From positions 1 through 64,000 of IMG/VR virus record IMGVR_UViG_3300033075_001751: DNA of 64,000 nt; one strand, 5' to 3'. This stretch comes from a virus (taxonomy: Duplodnaviria > Caudoviricetes). Numbering within the stretch: the stretch's first letter is position 1; the number at the start of each line of letters is the position of its first letter. Below the pieces are notes generated by a model. The model was not told the DNA's origin. It did no database searches and saw only the letters and a list, made by a program, of their open reading frames with translations. Position numbers and translations under genes: made by a program. Below, one piece after another: positions 18,961-29,045 of this stretch.

Positions 18961-19272
18961 ATGGAAAAGAAATACTTAGTGAAGATCAAGTTTGACTGCA
19001 ATGATGCAGCGTATGTCTATGGTCTTCTCGTCATTGACGAAAACGATCTTAAAGGACTAAAAGATAAAAAGCGAAAGATTACACTTGGGCGAAATGAGTT
19101 CGGCGGAGCTCAACGCAAAATTGAAGACTGTCTTGAAATTAAAGAAATTTCTCATGACGATGTAGTTGTACTCAAACGATTGGGATTATTGTCATTTGGA
19201 GAAGGTGAAATGTTGGCTGACATGGAAGAGTTGAGCTTTGCATTTTATGAAAACAATCCTGATGCGCGGTAA
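18961..19272 (+). CDS. hypothetical protein
   Basis: 103-aa ORF after A-rich leader. Confidence 0.65.
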   Translation: MEKKYLVKIKFDCNDAAYVYGLLVIDENDLKGLKDKKRKITLGRNEFGGAQRKIEDCLEIKEISHDDVVVLKRLGLLSFGEGEMLADMEELSFAFYENNPDAR

Positions 19273-19691
19273 TGGAAACAACATCTGATCAAATAGTAGC
19301 AAAAATCGAGGAGTTTTGGTTTAACGGCAATCGTGAATTGGCTGTTTTACTTGCTTCTCAGATTGAAGATCCTTTTGTTTTGATGCCTTTTTACGGAAAG
19401 ATTCGAGACAATTTTGATATAATCCAAGTTCGAAATGATAGGCACCCGGAGGTAAACGCTTTCGGGTGTCCTACTATTTCGTCTCCTGAATATAATCAGT
19501 ATGCTTGGGAAAAAGCATTATCTATCCGTAATCGATATACTCGTCATCTTGCTACTCTTTGTTTTGGACGTGCAAATCAACAATGGGAAGTTGTGGAAGA
19601 ACATGTCATGAAGTTTAAACCTGTTTCTCGATTGACCTCCTATGATTGTTCTCAAAAAATGACTTCCCGAAAACTTCAATTCGACCTATGA
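19272..19691 (+). CDS. hypothetical protein, tandem paralog 1
   Basis: Helical N-terminal tag, EVNAFGCP, LCFGR. Confidence 0.7.
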   Translation: METTSDQIVAKIEEFWFNGNRELAVLLASQIEDPFVLMPFYGKIRDNFDIIQVRNDRHPEVNAFGCPTISSPEYNQYAWEKALSIRNRYTRHLATLCFGRANQQWEVVEEHVMKFKPVSRLTSYDCSQKMTSRKLQFDL

Positions 19692-20008
19692 CAACTACCG
19701 AAACTCAAATACAAAACCTGTATGAGATTGCTGATCAATACAATTGGGATTTGTTTGTATTGCTTGTTGGACAGCTTTCATTTGAAATGAAGGATAGGTT
19801 TCAGCTCGCTCCTGTTATACTTCATTTTATGGATAATCTACCTGGATTTTTTCAGTTTGACTGTAAAGAAGTAAACGTTTTCGGGACTCCTGGGGTTTAT
19901 GATCGAGGTGATGTTCGTTCTTCTTTTGCAATGGATGAAGCATGTTTTATGAGAGGTGGGGAAATAAACTTTCGTTGGGCTCAAGGAACATACTATGTTA
20001 GACATTGA
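19688..20008 (+). CDS. hypothetical protein, tandem paralog 2
   Basis: ATGA overlap at 19688; EVNVFGTPG, DEACFMRGG. Confidence 0.7.
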   Translation: MTTTETQIQNLYEIADQYNWDLFVLLVGQLSFEMKDRFQLAPVILHFMDNLPGFFQFDCKEVNVFGTPGVYDRGDVRSSFAMDEACFMRGGEINFRWAQGTYYVRH

Positions 20009-20456
20009 AAAACTACATGAACTGTTGAATACAAAAGAAGAAGATTTATTCCGATTGCTTTTTCCGCAGGTTGCAATGGAAATGGGAGAAGAGAATCGGT
20101 TTCAACTTATAGAGGTTGTACTTCATGCTGTTGATGTATTGACGTGGAACTTTGCAGCAGAATTTACAGAATTCAACATTTTCGGTAATCAAGGTTTTAA
20201 CAGTAAGGGTGATTCTCAAAACCCTGATTATTTGATAGATCGAACTTGTTATGGTAGAGGAGGAAGAGAATTTAGTGTTCAAATTGTTGAAGTTATTCAG
20301 GTCAACAAAAGACAAGTTAAAAAAGCTCCTAGGTTTGAACTTCTCATCAAAGCCGTTTCGCTTTATTTCGATTCTTCTTTTCACGGTCACATGCTTCCGT
20401 TTAACTGTCCTATAAATAACTATTACGAAAATAATATATATGAATTGGTTTTTTGA
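19995..20456 (+). CDS. hypothetical protein, tandem paralog 3
   Basis: EFNIFGNQG, DRTCYGRGG. Confidence 0.7.
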   Translation: MLDIEKLHELLNTKEEDLFRLLFPQVAMEMGEENRFQLIEVVLHAVDVLTWNFAAEFTEFNIFGNQGFNSKGDSQNPDYLIDRTCYGRGGREFSVQIVEVIQVNKRQVKKAPRFELLIKAVSLYFDSSFHGHMLPFNCPINNYYENNIYELVF

Positions 20457-22236
20457 TGGATTCAGCGGAATGGGTGGCGTGTCGCTTGGAATTGAACGTG
20501 CCGGCTGTAGAGTAGCAGTAGCAGTCAATCACGATGACAGAGCCATCAAAGCACATGCTGCAAACCATCCTTACACTGCACACCTTAATGGTGACATACG
20601 GAATGTAAACATTCGAAAGCTTGCCACGAGGTTGATCCGGAAAGGTATCTGGAGAATCAATCTATGGTGGTCCGCAGAGTGCACTCATTTTTCCAATGCA
20701 AAGGGTGGCGCATCCCGCGATGCTGATAGCCGGATGCTGTCGGAAGAACTGATTCGCTACATTCGGGAATTTGAGGAAAACGGTATTCGGATTGACTACG
20801 TGTTTGTCGAAAACGTCAAAGAGTTTTTGGGATGGACCATTCTTCTTCCAAAAGTCTTGATTGAAGCAAAGCGTTTGTTGCATGTTGAATCCCGCTACGG
20901 TGAGATTCAGTTTGAAATGTTCGACGCAGTTGCCGCCAATGATCTGGTCAAGAAAGAAAATCTGAAGAATGAACTTGACAGTTTGTACATCTCATTGCAG
21001 CAATCCGGAGCTTATGTTATGGATGACAAAAGCAAGATCACAATGCTTCCTGACAAAACATCCAAAGGACAGTTTTATCAGGAGTGGGTTGATGCGATTT
21101 GCAACATGGGATACGTTTACGAGTACAAGGTTTTGAACGCAGCTGACTTTGGAATCTGGCAAACTCGGGAGAGATATTTCGGAATATTTGTCAGGTCTTC
21201 TTTGGGTATCAAACCTGTGTTTCCTAAACCGACTCATTCGAAAAAGAAAGTATCCGGTTTCAAACCATGGGTTGCGTGTAAAGGAATGTTGGATCTTTCC
21301 GACTTGGGGGAAGATATTCTGACTGGTCGCAAAGGCAAAAAACCTTTGGTGCCAGCAACACTTGCCCGTATCAAATACGGAATAGAAAAGTTCGGTAGCG
21401 CAAATCTGATCGACAACTATACTTTTGGAAGCCGTCCCAAGAAAACGGATGATCCGATCGATACGATCATGGCTAAGAGAGACAAGTATCTCTTCAAAGC
21501 CTCTTTTGTATTGCCGGGTAACTACGGAAATCAGCCGATACCGACAACAGAGGTGCTGCCTACAATCCTTGCAAGCAGACATCATCATTCTCTGTGTGTT
21601 CCTTTCATTGCTCAGAGTTATTCAAGCAGCGGTAATGCATGTCAGGTTTCAAGTTGCGACCATCCTTTGTGGACCGTTACGACAGCGAACAAGGCAAATC
21701 TTGTCGTTCCGTTCATCGTACCTCAGTTTGGTCAGAGTAAAGCAACCGGGTTGAATGAGCCGTTGGGATGTGTTACAGTCAATCCGAAGTACAGCTGCAA
21801 CGTTGCGTTTCTTACAAAGCATTACAGTGCCGGCAGGAATGTATCCAGCCTTGATGATCCCTGTGGAACATGTACGACAAAAGACAGATTCAGTCTCATC
21901 AACTGCAATTTGCGACCTTCGATTGACAACAAGATCGTACTGGAGATTGCTCCGTCTTTTCACAAGACAAGCAAGGGTAATTGGATTTGCGGTAACTGGG
22001 GAAGCACTCGAATCACGAACGGATACAAGGTATCTAGAAACATTGACAAAATTCATTATCGCATGCTGAAGGTTTCAGAACTGCTGCAAGCGCAAGGGTT
22101 TCCTGTGGATTACATTGTGGATCCCGACAGCGAAACTGTTGCTAAAAAGCATATCGGAAATGCGGTTCAGGTAGAGATGGCAAGATTGATTGTCAAAGCA
22201 AATGTTGGTATTTCTACTCTACCTGCTTTGGTTTAA
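20440..22236 (+). CDS. DNA (cytosine-5)-methyltransferase
   Basis: Motif I DGFSGMGG, motif IV SAECTHFS, motif VI ENV, motif VIII QTRER, motif IX RMLKVSEL..AQGFP, motif X IGNAV. Confidence 0.92.
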   Translation: MNWFFDGFSGMGGVSLGIERAGCRVAVAVNHDDRAIKAHAANHPYTAHLNGDIRNVNIRKLATRLIRKGIWRINLWWSAECTHFSNAKGGASRDADSRMLSEELIRYIREFEENGIRIDYVFVENVKEFLGWTILLPKVLIEAKRLLHVESRYGEIQFEMFDAVAANDLVKKENLKNELDSLYISLQQSGAYVMDDKSKITMLPDKTSKGQFYQEWVDAICNMGYVYEYKVLNAADFGIWQTRERYFGIFVRSSLGIKPVFPKPTHSKKKVSGFKPWVACKGMLDLSDLGEDILTGRKGKKPLVPATLARIKYGIEKFGSANLIDNYTFGSRPKKTDDPIDTIMAKRDKYLFKASFVLPGNYGNQPIPTTEVLPTILASRHHHSLCVPFIAQSYSSSGNACQVSSCDHPLWTVTTANKANLVVPFIVPQFGQSKATGLNEPLGCVTVNPKYSCNVAFLTKHYSAGRNVSSLDDPCGTCTTKDRFSLINCNLRPSIDNKIVLEIAPSFHKTSKGNWICGNWGSTRITNGYKVSRNIDKIHYRMLKVSELLQAQGFPVDYIVDPDSETVAKKHIGNAVQVEMARLIVKANVGISTLPALV

Positions 22237-22248
22237 TTGGATTTGGTT

Positions 22249-22281
22249 GGACAGTGGGCGATTCCTGCTGTCCTTTTTTTT
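22249..22281 (+). terminator. intrinsic terminator after methyltransferase
   Basis: GGACAGTGGG-cgatt-CCTGCTGTCC stem followed by T8. Confidence 0.75.
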
Positions 22282-22291
22282 GCATCGACTT

Positions 22292-22459
22292 ATGAAAGAA
22301 CATTGGATTGTACTTGTCGAAGACGACATTGTGTGTTCCTCTCATGATCTCAAAGAAATAGAGGAACTGTATCAAGGAAAAGTAAAACAATGGGAGCACA
22401 ACGGCAAAAGGAAAATTGCTGCTCCAGCTCTCTACAAACTTGTGAAAGAAGCAGTATGA
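22292..22459 (+). CDS. hypothetical protein
   Basis: ATG at 22292 just after terminator; ATGA overlap with next gene. Confidence 0.55.
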   Translation: MKEHWIVLVEDDIVCSSHDLKEIEELYQGKVKQWEHNGKRKIAAPALYKLVKEAV

Positions 22460-22992
22460 TACAGACACCGAATAAGATTTACTGCGTCGAATACAAAGGT
22501 GACCACGCAAAGCTTGGAGGCACGTATCATAGTCACTTTGTAATTGTAGTTGCTGCGTCCAGTATTGATGTTGCTCGACAATATGTAAAAGAGCAAATTG
22601 GTATTGATGAGGTTCCTACATGGCTCATGGGTTCTGCTTACCCGACGATCTGGAGTCAAGATGGAAGTGTTCCGTTACAGGTCCAAGCACAGATCTTGTA
22701 CAACGGAAATCATCATGTTCATCTCAAAGACAAGGAACCATCAGATTATCGGAGAAAACTGAATCCTTTAGTGTTTGATGAAGTTGGAACACACGCCTTT
22801 AGAATGACTGCAACCGATCCTGTATACGGTTGGTTTTGGTCAATTGTAAAAGGTAAAATGTTCAAAGCTTTTGTTCATATCAAAGACATTCCTCCAATAG
22901 AAGCTGATTCTTTGGAAGAAGTTTTAACAGAAATAGAAGACTTTCGAAACATCCGGCTGCTAGCTAATCTCCAACCTAGTCGCGGTTCTTAG
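22456..22992 (+). CDS. hypothetical protein (last gene of + arm)
   Basis: ATGA-coupled start at 22456; 3' end overlaps the convergent giant gene. Confidence 0.65.
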   Translation: MIQTPNKIYCVEYKGDHAKLGGTYHSHFVIVVAASSIDVARQYVKEQIGIDEVPTWLMGSAYPTIWSQDGSVPLQVQAQILYNGNHHVHLKDKEPSDYRRKLNPLVFDEVGTHAFRMTATDPVYGWFWSIVKGKMFKAFVHIKDIPPIEADSLEEVLTEIEDFRNIRLLANLQPSRGS

Positions 22993-25900
22993 CTCCTTGG
23001 AAGTTTTTGATTGCCATAACCGGTGAGGTAGTCGAACCGGTTACACCGATCGATTTCATCATGTGGTTGATAAATTTGGAACCACCTTCGTCTTGCCAGG
23101 TGTATGGACCAACCTCACGCTGGTAGTAACCTTTGTCATCCAAGAGTTGGCTTACGTCATTTATCATTGTCAACCACATGTTGACGGTAGGTGACATGGC
23201 TACACTCTTGGTGTCAAGGGATCTCTTGTAATCGTCCAAACCAAAACCGGGAAGCGGAACGAAAGATTCATTCTCTGCACGGATGTTCATGGCAAGAGAG
23301 AGCGCATGGTTTGATAACCATCCTCCAAGATGGAATTCTTCGTCTTGCTCATGAGTAAACAGACCCGGGAGAGCTCCTGATTTTTCCCTGAGTTTTGCGT
23401 AACGTTCTTCATCGTCATCGTCCCATCCAAAAACAAGAGGAAGGATGATCATGTTAACCATCATGAGCAGACCCATTTCCAAACCTACTTTTTGGAATGC
23501 TCTCATCTCCCGACTTTTCATTGCCGGCATATACTTGAACTTGGATTTTACCATGTGCATCAAAGCTTGGATAGCCGTGATGTAGTATCCTTCAGATGTA
23601 TCTCCAAGTGCAATGTCGTAACGTGCCTGTGGAGCCCAGATCTTTCCTCGGAATGCCCAACGACTCATCAGCATCGGTGTAAAGTATCGCTTCATGAAAC
23701 TGATTGCACGGAATGCAAGGTACCGGGAAGCTTCCGGTTGATCAAAGCCGGCGTATGCACCGTTGAGTGAGTTGGATACCTGGTGTCCGCGATTGCGGAA
23801 AGCTTTGAATTCTTTTGCGGATCCGACAGTTATCGAAGCTCCTTCCGTAAGATCGATCGTCCTATTGCGTTCTTTGAGTTGTGCAACTGTAATGTTGTAT
23901 CGGGCAGCAATCGAATCTTCTGTATCACCGGCAGCTACGGTGTGAACGGTTTTACGGTTTGACCATTCCGGATCAATACCAGGCTTCAATGTGATTTGAC
24001 CGTCTATCAGCTGCCATGCTTCCGCATAAGGAATCATCCTTTTGGTTCCATTGGTTGTTTGCTCCACCATTTGAGTGTAGAGCATTGCACCATGAAGTGT
24101 ATGTGCAGCATGAAGTTCAGACCACTTTCGGAAGTTGTAGAGCGGACCGGTGCTGACTGCATCTTTGAAGATGGTACGTGACATTCCTTCACCAAACTTC
24201 TCTTCGAACCTACCTTGAGCTACGTCAAAGATTTCGCTCAATTGGATTTCAAGAGGTTTGTTTCCATGGTTGTAAACATGCATGGATGTTTTAGCCATGA
24301 GATTGGTTGCCCAGGTCAAACCCTTTGGAATACTTGACGGTGCAACGTGAGCTCCGCCGGCAGCTTCCAACATTGTTTGGAACTGCGCACCCATCGAGTT
24401 CTTGAGAGCCGACGGGATATTGAGTGCGAAAAAGGCAAAGGATGCACGACCAAAGATTGCAGAGCTGATCGCTTGCACTTGTTTGTTGTCACTTCCCCAT
24501 CCTTTCATCCGGATTCCTTGGAACTCGCGTTCATAGAGATTTTCAATAGCTGCAGCTCGAACCGACTTTCCTTTTTTGGTAGTGGGGTGGAACAAACCAG
24601 TGCGCTGCCAAATAGATTTGTTGGCGGTACCGATTTGTTGAATTGCAGATTCCGGGGAACTGACAATGTTTTTCAAAGCTTTTGCGATCGGATTCATCTT
24701 GCGCAAAACCTTGTGACGTTCACCTGAAAGCATGTAGCGCATCATGGATGTTGTTACATCCAATGACGTTTCTTCTAGTGACAGATCCGATAGACCCTGC
24801 ATCGGGATCCCCTTGTCTTCTTCATCCCACATGTCTGCGTTCACGAGCGTCGCGTCATCTTGCCAGTTCAAACCCTGGTCGTAGTCGTCTTTCATCTTGA
24901 ACCAGAAAGACTTGATCCAATCGATGAGACGCTTCCACAATGTGGTAGGGGTATCCTTGTCGGCAGCCCTCACGATTTCCAAACCTTGTTTCCTGAAACG
25001 GGGTATGTCCATCCACAATTTAGATCCCCTGCCCAGACCCGATTGGGCTGCGAGGTGATGCTCTTTCATTTTCTCAAGTACAGCGAAGAGTGCAGGCTCC
25101 TGGCGTTTGATCCGATAGTATTCAGGGTTGATGTACTCAAAATTGACAGAGATGTCTCCTATCATCACATCTTGTCTACCTTCGATCCCACCATGCTCTG
25201 CGAGTAGTGGCAATGGATTTCTCTGGTTGTCAACCGTCACGCCGACACCGTTGTAGGGTTGGTTCCAAGTCTTGTATTCGTCCTTGACCTTACGCATGAA
25301 ATAACGACGGGAAGGAATACCCATGATCTCTTCAATGGTGCCGTCTTCTTGCATGACTCCGGTAGTCTCATAGTGGGTAGAGTCAAGTGGTCGGATCACA
25401 CTCCATACATAAAGCCTTTCTTTACCGGGAACGTATTTCTTTTGAGCATCGTCCCAAGTATCTTTGTCAAGATGATTTTTGTCGTACCATTCTTTGAAAG
25501 CTTGGTTCTTCATTCCGATCATGGTCTTGACTTTCATTTGATCTACCAGCATTGAAGCAGTAGTTTCATCAAACTCGCTAAAACCGTATAGCAGTTTCAA
25601 ATCGTTTCGATTTTCTGCTGTAAGTAAACGGTTGACCGTTGTAATGTAATACTCGGTAGGTTCCTTGGATTGAAGATTTGCCAAGTCTGCATACGCCTTA
25701 TTCAGTTCGTCCAACATCAACGGTGTGATGGGACTGTTTTTCATGAAAGCGTCACGCTTGTCGTTCAGATCTTTAAGGGTCTGTTCGTCTGCCGGGCTAT
25801 TCTGGATCCCATTCTTTTTGTTGCTGTACAGTATTGACCGCAACCTTCTTTCATCTTTGGTAAGACCGCTGAGAGATTCCTGCTTGTCTTTGATTTCTTG

Positions 25901-28729
25901 GATCATTTTCTGAAGATCCTTTACACGCTGTATCCGAGTTTCACTTACTTGCGAACCTACCGGCTGACCATCTTCGTCACGGTTGGGACTTACCACATCG
26001 ATGATCTCAGCCCATTTAAGGGCAATGTCTTCGTCAGCACCTTGAGTCTTGGGTATGAAAGAAGTGATTCTTGCAATCACTCCCAAGATACGTTCGCGCT
26101 CCTGGTAAAAAGAGTCTTTGAGTTTTACCCGGGTGTTTTTGTCCAACCATCTTTGACGTTCCTTGTCCCATGCATCACGTTCGGTAGAACCCGGTGCACC
26201 TTTTACAAAACCGTCATTGAGCATTTTCTGCTCCCATCTTTTGAGAGCATTTTCAAACACGCCTTCCCGGGGTTTATCTTCGAAAAATTCGAGCGATGCT
26301 GCACGGTATGCGCGAAGACGTTCCGCAACATTCAAATCTTTTGTTGCATCGTAGGAAGGATCATTTGGATTCAGTGCAACTTTTAAGACACCATCATCAT
26401 CCCGCAAACTGTGAAGCTGTCTGATTTTGGATTGAATCACATCAAGTTCATCCAAGATGTTCAATTCTGCTTCTTCTTGGTCCGGTGTACCAGTGATGCT
26501 TTTTTCCAAAGCTTCCATTTCACTGTATAATTTTTGACGAGCTTCGTATGCAATCTGTCCGATCCCATCGTCAAACATTCTTTCGCGCTCATAAAACGCA
26601 GGAACGTTTTCTTGATGAAAGTGTGTGCGTAGGTGAACTCTTTTTTGCTGTTGAAGTCTACGAAGCTTCAACCGGTCTTCATTCAAACCGGTTTCATTGT
26701 AAGTGCGCTTTGCACTCTCAATCTCAAAGTCAAACATCCCCATTACAAAACGGTAGTCTTTATGAGGAGAGATGAAACTGTGACGCATCTTTGTAGTAAA
26801 GACACGCTTTCCTTCTACTTTTTCGATACCGCCAACCCGGTCTACGAAAGTTACCTGTGAACCCAGTTTGCCAATGTTGGAAGGATTGTAACCAAGAGCA
26901 GCAAGAAGAGGCTGCATGTCCCGCGCAAAGTCATTGTACCGGGTCTGAGAATTTTGCAATGCCTCGGTAACACCTGACTTTACAAATGATGCAAAGCTGG
27001 AGATGATTGGATCTTGATTGTACAAATAACCTTCAAGGAAGGAGTTGAGGAAGTGTGCATCACCCAACTGACCTTTCATTGTTTTTCGCAGTGTTTCCCG
27101 AACTACATCCCGAAGAGATTCACCAGGTTGCAGCTCACGTCCCACAAGAGACATCGCCTTGTATTCTTTCTCGTACTTGTTTTTGATCCAATCCTGTCCT
27201 GTGCGGGTTGCATGTTCGATCAATTGCTTGTAACGAGCTTCCACTTGTTTGACCATGGGTTCGATTTGTTCCCACAGTACATCCAAAACACCTTCTTCAT
27301 TAATAATACCTGCATTTTTGTTTGCTGCCTTGATCGCTGTTTGAATAGATGATACAAGTGCAAATAAGGGAGAATCGACTGCAATGTTGTTGTCGAGCAT
27401 GGACTGCTCCATTTCCGTTGCAAATTTTCCCCAGTAGGAAAGCAAGTTGTTGAAGTACGTCAGACGAGCGACGTTTTCAACTGTATCTTGATTGTTGTGC
27501 GCAAGCTTATCGATCTCATCTTTGATGTGCTTGAGAGCTTTGTGCAGACGTTGAAGATTGTCTACAAAAGCTGCAGCGTGAGCCCGGGCATTGTCACTAT
27601 CTTCAAGTACACGGTCCGCAGCGTTGTTGATGAGAGTTTCGTATTTTCCGAGGTTTGCTTTGATCTCCTGTAAGATACCACGATTGAACTCGTCAGTGAG
27701 AGCATCAACCAAACCTTTATGGTCTTTGTTTGCCTTCATCGATTTGATTTGCCGGGAAATCATTTCGTGAAAATCGTTGATCTGACTTTGGATTACTTTG
27801 TTTGGAAGCTTTTCCATGTCATCGATCATCTCCTTTTGAGATGCAGCATAAGCCACAATCTCATCCGGAGAAGCATTCTCCATATCCAGATTAAACCTAC
27901 CGCCGTTCTCCAGCATCTTTGCAAGATCAATCAGAGAGGTATTTACATCAAGATTCTCTACACTGCTGGTGATACCGAATAGTGCACGGAACATTTGACG
28001 TAGCGCGAAGAGCATGTCTTCAATCCATGATGCGAATCCTCCTGAAGAAACTTTATTGTTGTGTTGGTCCTGCCAGGCTTTTGAAAGAGCTTTTACAACA
28101 GCTTCTTCAACTGTCATCCACTCGGGTAATCCTTCGGTTTCGTTGATTGCCTCTTCAATGATCTGTCTACCTTCCTCGGTTTGTTGAAGTGACCGGTAGA
28201 GATTGTCAAGCAGATTGGGATTTTGCGCAGAGAGAGCCCTGACAAACGGGTGAGAAAATTCGTGGAATACAGTATCTTCGGTAATGTTCTCTCCGACAAG
28301 ATAGACAACACCATCCAAAAAGAAAGCTTTCTGATTGACATAAGGGTTTTGCCGGTTCGCAGTAAGCATCCTTGCTTCTTCACGACTGACTACCCTGTGT
28401 TGCACACCCAATGATTCCGATAGACGGTTCATCATTTGAGCGGTAGCTTTTCTTGCAGAAAGATTGGATTGGTCCAATGTGATCTCATTGCTGGACCACA
28501 CTTCCCCGAATGCAGAACTTGATGCAAAATCCAGATCTTCGAAGTCAGGTTGAAATGTAAGTGTTTCGACAGGTGCAATAAGTCGCTTTTCCATGATGAG
28601 CTTTTCCGCTACATCTTCAACACTTCGAATAGTATCGTTGTGTTGAGCGAAGTCTCGGTAAGCTTCAAACTTTCCAAATGCCGCTTCGAGAGCCTGCCAT
28701 TCTGGTGTGTAAATATTAGGACAACCCAT
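22976..28729 (-). CDS. giant virion ejection/cargo protein (~1917 aa) with zincin-like HExxH, LysM and C-terminal hydrophobic helix
   Basis: Likely start MGCPN at 28729; FHEFSH near 28255; LysM HTVAAGDTEDSIAARYNITVAQLKERN at ~23820-23945; hydrophobic GLLMMVNMIILPLVFGW. Confidence 0.8.
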   Translation of the reverse strand: MGCPNIYTPEWQALEAAFGKFEAYRDFAQHNDTIRSVEDVAEKLIMEKRLIAPVETLTFQPDFEDLDFASSSAFGEVWSSNEITLDQSNLSARKATAQMMNRLSESLGVQHRVVSREEARMLTANRQNPYVNQKAFFLDGVVYLVGENITEDTVFHEFSHPFVRALSAQNPNLLDNLYRSLQQTEEGRQIIEEAINETEGLPEWMTVEEAVVKALSKAWQDQHNNKVSSGGFASWIEDMLFALRQMFRALFGITSSVENLDVNTSLIDLAKMLENGGRFNLDMENASPDEIVAYAASQKEMIDDMEKLPNKVIQSQINDFHEMISRQIKSMKANKDHKGLVDALTDEFNRGILQEIKANLGKYETLINNAADRVLEDSDNARAHAAAFVDNLQRLHKALKHIKDEIDKLAHNNQDTVENVARLTYFNNLLSYWGKFATEMEQSMLDNNIAVDSPLFALVSSIQTAIKAANKNAGIINEEGVLDVLWEQIEPMVKQVEARYKQLIEHATRTGQDWIKNKYEKEYKAMSLVGRELQPGESLRDVVRETLRKTMKGQLGDAHFLNSFLEGYLYNQDPIISSFASFVKSGVTEALQNSQTRYNDFARDMQPLLAALGYNPSNIGKLGSQVTFVDRVGGIEKVEGKRVFTTKMRHSFISPHKDYRFVMGMFDFEIESAKRTYNETGLNEDRLKLRRLQQQKRVHLRTHFHQENVPAFYERERMFDDGIGQIAYEARQKLYSEMEALEKSITGTPDQEEAELNILDELDVIQSKIRQLHSLRDDDGVLKVALNPNDPSYDATKDLNVAERLRAYRAASLEFFEDKPREGVFENALKRWEQKMLNDGFVKGAPGSTERDAWDKERQRWLDKNTRVKLKDSFYQERERILGVIARITSFIPKTQGADEDIALKWAEIIDVVSPNRDEDGQPVGSQVSETRIQRVKDLQKMIQEIKDKQESLSGLTKDERRLRSILYSNKKNGIQNSPADEQTLKDLNDKRDAFMKNSPITPLMLDELNKAYADLANLQSKEPTEYYITTVNRLLTAENRNDLKLLYGFSEFDETTASMLVDQMKVKTMIGMKNQAFKEWYDKNHLDKDTWDDAQKKYVPGKERLYVWSVIRPLDSTHYETTGVMQEDGTIEEIMGIPSRRYFMRKVKDEYKTWNQPYNGVGVTVDNQRNPLPLLAEHGGIEGRQDVMIGDISVNFEYINPEYYRIKRQEPALFAVLEKMKEHHLAAQSGLGRGSKLWMDIPRFRKQGLEIVRAADKDTPTTLWKRLIDWIKSFWFKMKDDYDQGLNWQDDATLVNADMWDEEDKGIPMQGLSDLSLEETSLDVTTSMMRYMLSGERHKVLRKMNPIAKALKNIVSSPESAIQQIGTANKSIWQRTGLFHPTTKKGKSVRAAAIENLYEREFQGIRMKGWGSDNKQVQAISSAIFGRASFAFFALNIPSALKNSMGAQFQTMLEAAGGAHVAPSSIPKGLTWATNLMAKTSMHVYNHGNKPLEIQLSEIFDVAQGRFEEKFGEGMSRTIFKDAVSTGPLYNFRKWSELHAAHTLHGAMLYTQMVEQTTNGTKRMIPYAEAWQLIDGQITLKPGIDPEWSNRKTVHTVAAGDTEDSIAARYNITVAQLKERNRTIDLTEGASITVGSAKEFKAFRNRGHQVSNSLNGAYAGFDQPEASRYLAFRAISFMKRYFTPMLMSRWAFRGKIWAPQARYDIALGDTSEGYYITAIQALMHMVKSKFKYMPAMKSREMRAFQKVGLEMGLLMMVNMIILPLVFGWDDDDEERYAKLREKSGALPGLFTHEQDEEFHLGGWLSNHALSLAMNIRAENESFVPLPGFGLDDYKRSLDTKSVAMSPTVNMWLTMINDVSQLLDDKGYYQREVGPYTWQDEGGSKFINHMMKSIGVTGSTTSPVMAIKNFQGAKNRD

Positions 28730-29045
28730 ATTCGTAGATATCGCGAATAATTGAAAGACCTCTAGTAAGGTCGATATTACCTTCAAAAATTAAACGTTGT
28801 TCACCCTTTCTATTTAGAATCTCTAAAAATTTGCAACGCTCGTAGTTTAGTTTTGGTTGGGATCGCTTCTTTTCCATTGTAAACCAACACACATCGTAAA
28901 GTTTCCCCTTTGTCAAAATTGACGGTGAAGTAGAATACTTTTTTCTCCACATTTCAAATAAAGTATAACCCAAATCTCGATCTGGTTGATGTGTTGAGTT
29001 TATCAGCTCTTGACACTTTACAATTTCAACATTCAAAATCCACAC
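28716..29045 (-). CDS. small hypothetical protein inserted between giant genes (helical-tag-like N-terminus)
   Basis: Fills the ~300-bp gap; KCQELINSTHQPDRDLGYTLF; GTG/TTG start. Confidence 0.5.
   Translation of the reverse strand: MWILNVEIVKCQELINSTHQPDRDLGYTLFEMWRKKYSTSPSILTKGKLYDVCWFTMEKKRSQPKLNYERCKFLEILNRKGEQRLIFEGNIDLTRGLSIIRDIYEYGLS

Noticed and set aside
28730-28786. 19-aa N-terminal extension of the 1936-aa ORF resembling a signal peptide
   Set aside because: It depends on a TTG start inside the upstream small ORF; ATG 28729 (MGCP) parallels the MQCP start of the vRNAP.
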